A stretch of DNA of 64,000 bases from Phyllobates terribilis (taxonomy: Eukaryota): positions 408,642,001 to 408,706,000 of the forward strand of contig NW_027362763.1 in the NCBI RefSeq assembly GCF_046119375.1, in the 5' to 3' direction. The position numbers and the translations under genes are program-made. This document shows, piece by piece, positions 58,130-64,000 of the stretch (positions are counted from its first letter, which is position 1; each line of letters starts with the position of its first letter). Below the pieces are notes generated by a model that did not search any database, was not told the DNA's origin, and saw nothing but the letters and a program-made list of their open reading frames with translations.

Positions 58130-59230
58130 GCCATTGCATTCACTGCATAGGCAAACAATATGGGAGACCCACTTCCTAATAATGGGGACATTTCTTTCAT
58201 GAGCCCCTCTTCTATGTCTCTTGCAAGGGATATTGAAGTGCCTCCAAATTAATGGCAGCCGTTGCAGTCACTGCATGCGCAATAACAGTACGGGAAACCC
58301 ACTCCTTTCTAATGGGAACATGTCATTACTGTGGCCCACATCTATGTGTCTTTAAATTGTTATTGGGGTTTTTCCTAAATTTTGGCACCTGTTGTACTCA
58401 CTGCATACCCTATAACTGTATAGCAGACCCTCTCCTTTCTAATGGGAACATGTCTCTACTGTGGCCCACCTCTATGTGTCTTTAAATTGTTATTGGGGTT
58501 TTTCCTAAATTTTGGCAGCCGTTGTACTCACTGCATACCCTATAACTGTCAAGCAGACCCGCTTCTTTCTAATGGGAACATGTCGTACTCATTACTGAGA
58601 CCCACCTCTATGCGTCTTTAACTTGTTATTGGGGTTTTTCTTAAATTTTGACACCGTTGTACTCACGGCATACCCTATAACTGATTAGCAGACCAGCTCC
58701 TTTCTAATGGGAACATGTCGTTACTGTGGCCCACCTCTATGTGTCTTCAAATTGTTATTGGGGTTTTTCCTAAATTTTGGCAGCCGTTGTACTCACTGCA
58801 TACCCTATAACTGTATAGCAGACCCACTTCTTTCTAGGAACATGTCGTTACTGAGGCCCAGCTCTATGTCTTTAAATTGTTATTGGAGTTTTTCCCAAAT
58901 TTTGGCAGCCGTTGTACTCACTGCAAACCCTATAACTGGATGGCAGAACCGCTTCTTACTAATGGGAACATTTCATTGCTGTGGCCCACCTCTATGTGTC
59001 TTTAAATTGTGTTTGGGGTTTTTCCCAAATTTTGGCAGCCATTGCAGTCACTGCATGGGCATTACCATTATAGGAGACCCACTCCTTTATAATGGGAACA
59101 TTTTTTTTACTGAGGCCCTCCTCTATGTCTCTTCAAAGGGGTATTGGGGTGTGTCCAAATTTTTAATAACCCATGCAGTCACTGCATACGCCATAACAGT
59201 ACAGGAGACCCACTCTTTAATAATGGGAAC
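58130..59230. repeat. hAT-C 3' internal array, ~120-125-bp units, ~8 copies
   Basis: CAGCCGTTGTACTCACTGCATACCCTATAACT..TTTCTAATGGGAACATG..CTATGTGTCTTTAAATTGTTATTGGGGTTTTTCC recurs. Confidence 0.88.
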
Positions 59231-60583
59231 AAATAAGCATAGCCGGCTGATGGCCCTCTAACAATAGTGAGGGTTGACTACTGGCCCTTTACGAATAGTA
59301 AGGTCCACCTGATGGCCCTATAAAAATAGGCTTTGTGACTTTCAGAGTCCCTCCTTTATAAATGAAAGAGGATATGTCTGATTATGTCTCATACACCACA
59401 TGGCCACTTAAGGTTGTAAAATGTTAAAATCACATTTACTGGTAAATGTATTTTTCACCATTGAAAGCAATGCAGAAGTGCAAAAACGCATAAAAAACGC
59501 TATGTGTGAACATAGCCCAAGGTGTGGAGGAGCATTTTGTTTTTGGTTATTTATTTTACCTTCTATACAAGTCATTACCCAGAAAAGGATTTTCCTTAAT
59601 ATTTTTCCCAGGAAAATCCATTTTGGCTTCGTTTTTGTATATTTTATTGTGAGTCCGTAAAAGTGGCGTAATACTATGACAACATTGTTGACAGCAGTGA
59701 CCTGGGAGACAGAGATGCTTCCAGGGGTCTAGCCCGTGCTGTTCTCATGTCATTTGAGCACTGTTCTCATTGATTTGGGCAATTTTTAGGCCCTCTGCAG
59801 ACTGCCTGGGGGCTGCTGGAAAAATGCTTGAGTTTCCCATAGACTTATATTGGGCTTGTTGCTCGGATCGAGCACCAGAGCATTCCAATTTGCACAACCC
59901 GAACAACGAGTACCCGAGCATTTTAGTACTCGCTCATCACTAGTGAACAGCTCTCCAGACTCGCCGATCTGTGGTTCCCTACAGTCAGTTGGGCAGTTGG
60001 AGAGTTGTGACATGGGGGGAAAACAAGGGAAATTGGCATGCCACCTCTGAGGACTGTACTGTGTGTGATTTTGAGATGGAGGAAGAACTCTTTCTGGACC
60101 TCATCTACAAGGTGTACCGCTGTGCAGCTGCCAAAGAAAGAGAGTGGAGTAGTCCATCCAGTAACAGAAATTGTCAGTTGTCTTTGGATAGGATGTGACG
60201 CTGTTGGTTTGGTAGAGCTTTCACTAACATTACCACCTACCCCACGTACACCTTGAACACCAAGTCTATAACCCCTTCCACAACGACATTGTTTTTTCCC
60301 ACTCAGGTTGAATGTACCTTTCCCCTTTTTTAACCTGCTGTTTAACAAACCTATGCCCAGACCTGTGAGTTATCTATCAGTAAATTATCAATCAGCATTT
60401 ATTTGTTCAGATAGTGTTGCCGGAGCACGCTGTTAGCAACCAAAAATTAGATTTTATACTGTGGAGCCCTGGATATTGCAGAATCTCGGCACAAAAGAAT
60501 TAGAAGCTGAGTTGTGACCTGCTGTATGTATCACGGTAGTAATAGAAGAAATTAGATTTTTTTTACTGTGGACGAGCCCTATA

Positions 60584-62131
60584 CAGTCATGGCCAAAAGT
60601 ATTGAGAATGAGACAAATAGTAATTTTTCCAAAGTTTACTGCTTCATTTTTTGTAATGGCAATTTGCATATACTCCTGAATGTCAGAGTGATCAGCTTAA
60701 CAGCAATTACTGTACTTGCAAAGTCAATATTTGCCCAGAAAATGAACTTTAACCCCCAAAACACATTTCAACATCATTGCAGTCCTGCCTTAAAAGGAGC
60801 AGCTAACATCGTTTTAGTGATTGATCCATTAACACAGGTGTGGGTGTTGATGAGGACAGGGCTGGCGATCAATCAGTCATGATTAAGTAAGAATGACATC
60901 ACTGGACACTTTAAAAGGAGGCTGGTTCTTGGTATCATTGTTTCTCTTCAGTTAACCATGGTTATCTCTAAAGAAACATGTGCAGCCATCATTGCACTGC
61001 ACAAAAATGGCCTAACAGGGAAGAGTATCGCAGCTACAAAGATTGCACCTCAGTCAACAATCTATCGCATCATCAAGAACTTCAAGGAGAGAGCTTCCAT
61101 TGTTGTCAAAAAGGCTCCAGGGCGCCCAAGAAAGACCAGCAAGCCGTATCTTAAAACTGTTTCAGCTGCGGGATCGGACTACCAGCAGTGCCGAGCTTGC
61201 TCAGGAATGGCAGCAGACTGGTGTGAGTGCTTCTGCACGCACTGTGAGGCGGAGACTCTTTGAGCAAGGGCTGGTTTCAAGGAGGGCAGCAAAGAAGCCA
61301 CTTCTCTCCAGGAACCGACTGATATTCTGCAAAAGGTACAGGGAGTGGACTGCTGAGGACTGGGGCAAAGTCATTTTCTCTGATGAATCCCCTTTTCGAT
61401 TGTTTGGGACATCTGGAAAACAGCTTATTCGGAGAAGAAGAGGTGAGCGCTACCACCAGTCTTGTCTCATGCCAACTGTAAAGCATCCTGAAACCATTCA
61501 TGTGTGGGGTTGCTTCTCAGCCAAGGGAATTGGCTCACTCACAGTCTTGCCTAAAAACACAGCCATGAATAAAGAATGGTACCAGAATGTCCTCCAAGAG
61601 CAATTTCTCCCAACCGTCCAAGAGCAGTTTGGCGCCCAACAATGCCTTTTCCAGCATGATGGAGCACCTTGCCATAAAGCAAAGGTGATAACTAAATGGC
61701 TCATGGAACAAAACATAGAGATTTTGGGTCCATGGCCTGGAAACTCCCCAGATCTTAATCCCATTGAGAACTTGTGGTCAATCATCAAGAGACGGGTGGA
61801 CAAACAAAAACCAACAAATTCTGGCAAAATGCAAGCATTGATTATGCAAGAATGGACTGCTATCAGTCAGGATTTGGTCCAAAAGTTGATTGAGAGCATG
61901 CGAGGGAGAATTACAGAGGTCTTGAAGAAGAAGGGGCAACACTGCAAATATTGACTTGCTGCATTAACGCATTCTAACTGTCAATATTACCTATTGGTAC
62001 TCATAATATGATTGCAATTATATTTCTGTATGTGATATAAACATCAGACAAACACTAATAAAAACTAGAGGCCAGCAGATCATGTGAAAATATAATTTTG
62101 GTGTCATTCTCAAAACTTTTGGCCATGACTG
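60584..62131 (+). mobile_element. Tc1-like DNA transposon (1548 bp), DD35E catalytic spacing
   Basis: ~28-bp TIR CAGTCATGGCCAAAAGT(A/T)TTGAGAATGA; TA TSD on both sides; single transposase gene. Confidence 0.95.
60958..61954 (+). pseudogene. Tc1-family transposase, one frameshift at ~61150
   Basis: The N-terminal HTH frame (MVISKETCAAIIALH..GRPRKTSK) shifts into a frame with VIFSDES, WGCFS, FQHDGAPCH and WPGNSPDLNPIENLW; 35 residues lie between the second D and E. Confidence 0.93.
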
Positions 62132-64000
62132 TACACAGCTAAATCTCACCGCAAAAAAATTACAAGCTATCTGAGATATTGTCTACTGTATGTATCATGG
62201 TATTAACAGAAGAAATTAGATTATTTTTTACTGTGGATGAGCCCTGTATACAGCTGAATCTTGCCGCAAAAAATTACAAACTGAGATGTGGCCTGCTGTA
62301 TGTATCACAGTAGTAACAGAAGAAATTTGATTTCTATTTTACTGTGGATGAGCTCTGGATACAGGAGAATCTTTGCGCAAAAAGATTACACACTGAGATG
62401 TGGCCTGCTATATGTATCACGGTAGTATCAGAAGAAATTAGAGTTTCAAAGGCATACTCCTGCATGGAACACAATATTAGCAGTGCCCAACAGAATTCTC
62501 TGCTGAAATGTGGCCTGCTGTCTATGTCTGGACCACACTAATAGCAAAAACGATTGATCTTGTGGAAGGACAATTTCACAGCCACATAGGATACTATCTC
62601 TCTAAACTATCTGACTTAGAAGCAATCGTCTAGCTAACTATTTCAATCTCTCAGTATCCAGGAGCAGCTTCAGGTGCAGCCTCTCTGCGCTGTTGCACTA
62701 ACAAAATGGTGCTAAAACAACATGTCTGCTCTTTATATTGAGAGGGACATGTGACTTCAGCTGCCAATGGTACAAGCCCTTGTGTCTGGAAATTGTGGAT
62801 GGTTCCTGCTCCCTGATTGACCGGAATCTGCACACATTAAGTTATGAAAAAAATAAAATTTAAGAGTTAGAGTTCACTATTGACAAAAACTATCAAGACT
62901 CCATCTAACTATTCTGTTCTTGTCATCTTGGGTATCATCCTCACTTTGGTTCATTTCCAGCCATTGAGAAGCTGATAAATCTGTTTTTAGTTTGAAGCTT
63001 ATCTGGTCAGAGATTTGACAGGGTTCAGGGAAACTAGACCTCTTTTGTTAAAAAGAGGTGGGTTGGTGGGCCTACCTTTGGTGTTGGGGACTTTGTTTAC
63101 TATTGACAGAGGCATCTACGTGGTTATATAGCCACAATCAGTGCTAGCACCGATCACAACCATTGCAGGAGGGTGATATAATATACAGCTTAAACTCACT
63201 GTTATGTATGTACATGGATGTCGGGAACAGGTTAAGCTAGTCAGTTTAACTGCTGGAGGCACATATTGATACTTTGCAGTGTCAAAAAGAAAGAGCCAAG
63301 AAAGCAGTATTAAGCAAGCTGTGCAAGTCTGCCATATACTTTGCACAGTTTCTTTAATACAATCCTCTTATTGTATTTATTCTTCAAATTTGTCATGCTG
63401 CTTCCTATTTCTTCCTCATATTTCCTATATCTATTGTATGCAGCTGTAATAAATATTGAGATAGATACCCTAATAAAATGAGTAAGATATAATTCAATCT
63501 ACTATCTAATTGTATACGGAGAATACAGAGTATGCAGATATAGTAATTTCAGCTTTCAATTTTACAGTATTTCTGTCATCACACTATGCTGAATTATTTA
63601 AGAACATCTGACACTATCATCTTTACTATACAGCCAAGAAAAATGAAATTCAGCTTTATGTATATAAAAATGCAAACTGCTGCAACAGTATATAACCTTA
63701 ATCTGCAATAGCTGCAGATGTAAAGAATTTTATTTTTCCCTTATTCCTCTCTGAAATGAAATAGAGAAAGATCAGTTGAGGTTACCAATTGCTTTATCAC
63801 AAGTTCTTCATAATAAATATGTATAAGTTCCTCCATCACTTCTTCCTATAGTTCCCCTGCAGCCTACTAAAACTAATAAAGACTTGTATTTTTGCTTCCA
63901 GTAGTGAATGGACTGTAATAACTCAAAAGGCAGATAATTCCTTAAATCTAAAGAGCAAATCAAGGACTGTTAATGCATGCATTCATGATATGGTTTCAGA

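Larger units (their letters stand above)
49417..59942 (+). mobile_element. hAT-C: degenerate hAT transposon (10.5 kb including the Gypsy insertion)
   Basis: TIRs TAGTGATGAGCGA and TCGCTCATCACTA; flanks GTGAACAC and GTGAACAG (7/8 TSD); transposase remnants on +; arrays on both sides. Confidence 0.85.
59943..62860 (-). mobile_element. Third hAT-A-family left half in reverse orientation; host of hAT-C (right junction) and of the Tc1 element; outermost L terminus missing
   Basis: 59950-60330 is the reverse complement of 26915-27290 (GKK..GRG.RLGVQGVRGVGGNVSES); ~100-bp array at 60440-60580 and 62135-62450; 62600-62850 is homologous to the reverse complement of 11880-12130. Confidence 0.78.

Noticed and set aside
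58707-59261. 184-aa Cys-rich ORF
   Set aside because: It lies wholly within the hAT-C 3' tandem array, and the repeated peptide mirrors the DNA repeat.

Overview
Repeat-saturated vertebrate DNA, most likely an anuran (frog) intergenic or intronic region; the taxon is inferred from the repeat types. I recognise no host protein-coding exon, tRNA, rRNA or CRISPR. The window is dominated by one clade of large hAT DNA transposons with TAG(T/A)GATGAGC-type TIRs and 8-bp TSDs. Four are delimited at both ends: hAT-A 11594-33350, hAT-B 14559-26582 (nested in A), hAT-D 36680-42091 and hAT-C 49417-59942. There are also several half copies and a 3.76-kb non-autonomous derivative whose interior is a ~3.2-kb palindrome (3140-6895). 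Nested in these are: a near-intact, very young chromodomain Ty3/Gypsy element (51537-56510, one 1355-aa ORF) with a Tf1/sushi-type self-priming signature; a 5'-truncated Ngaro-type tyrosine-recombinase retroelement with an SGNH-hydrolase exon; a DD35E Tc1-like element; five solo LTRs; L2 and Penelope remnants; and MITEs. The most unusual observations are: (i) the hAT transposase gene occurs in both orientations relative to homologous L/R ends, and in hAT-D it is bracketed by ~200-bp inverted repeats, suggesting an invertible cassette; (ii) a conserved CCAAT/E-box/TATA/YY1-like cassette at the L end always points into internal tandem arrays and is antisense to the transposase in B and D; (iii) the giant palindromic element has a rearranged hairpin centre; (iv) the self-priming architecture of the Gypsy element; (v) the Ngaro hydrolase ORF has a splice acceptor whose branch point overlaps the recombinase stop codon. 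All identities and copy numbers were estimated by eye.
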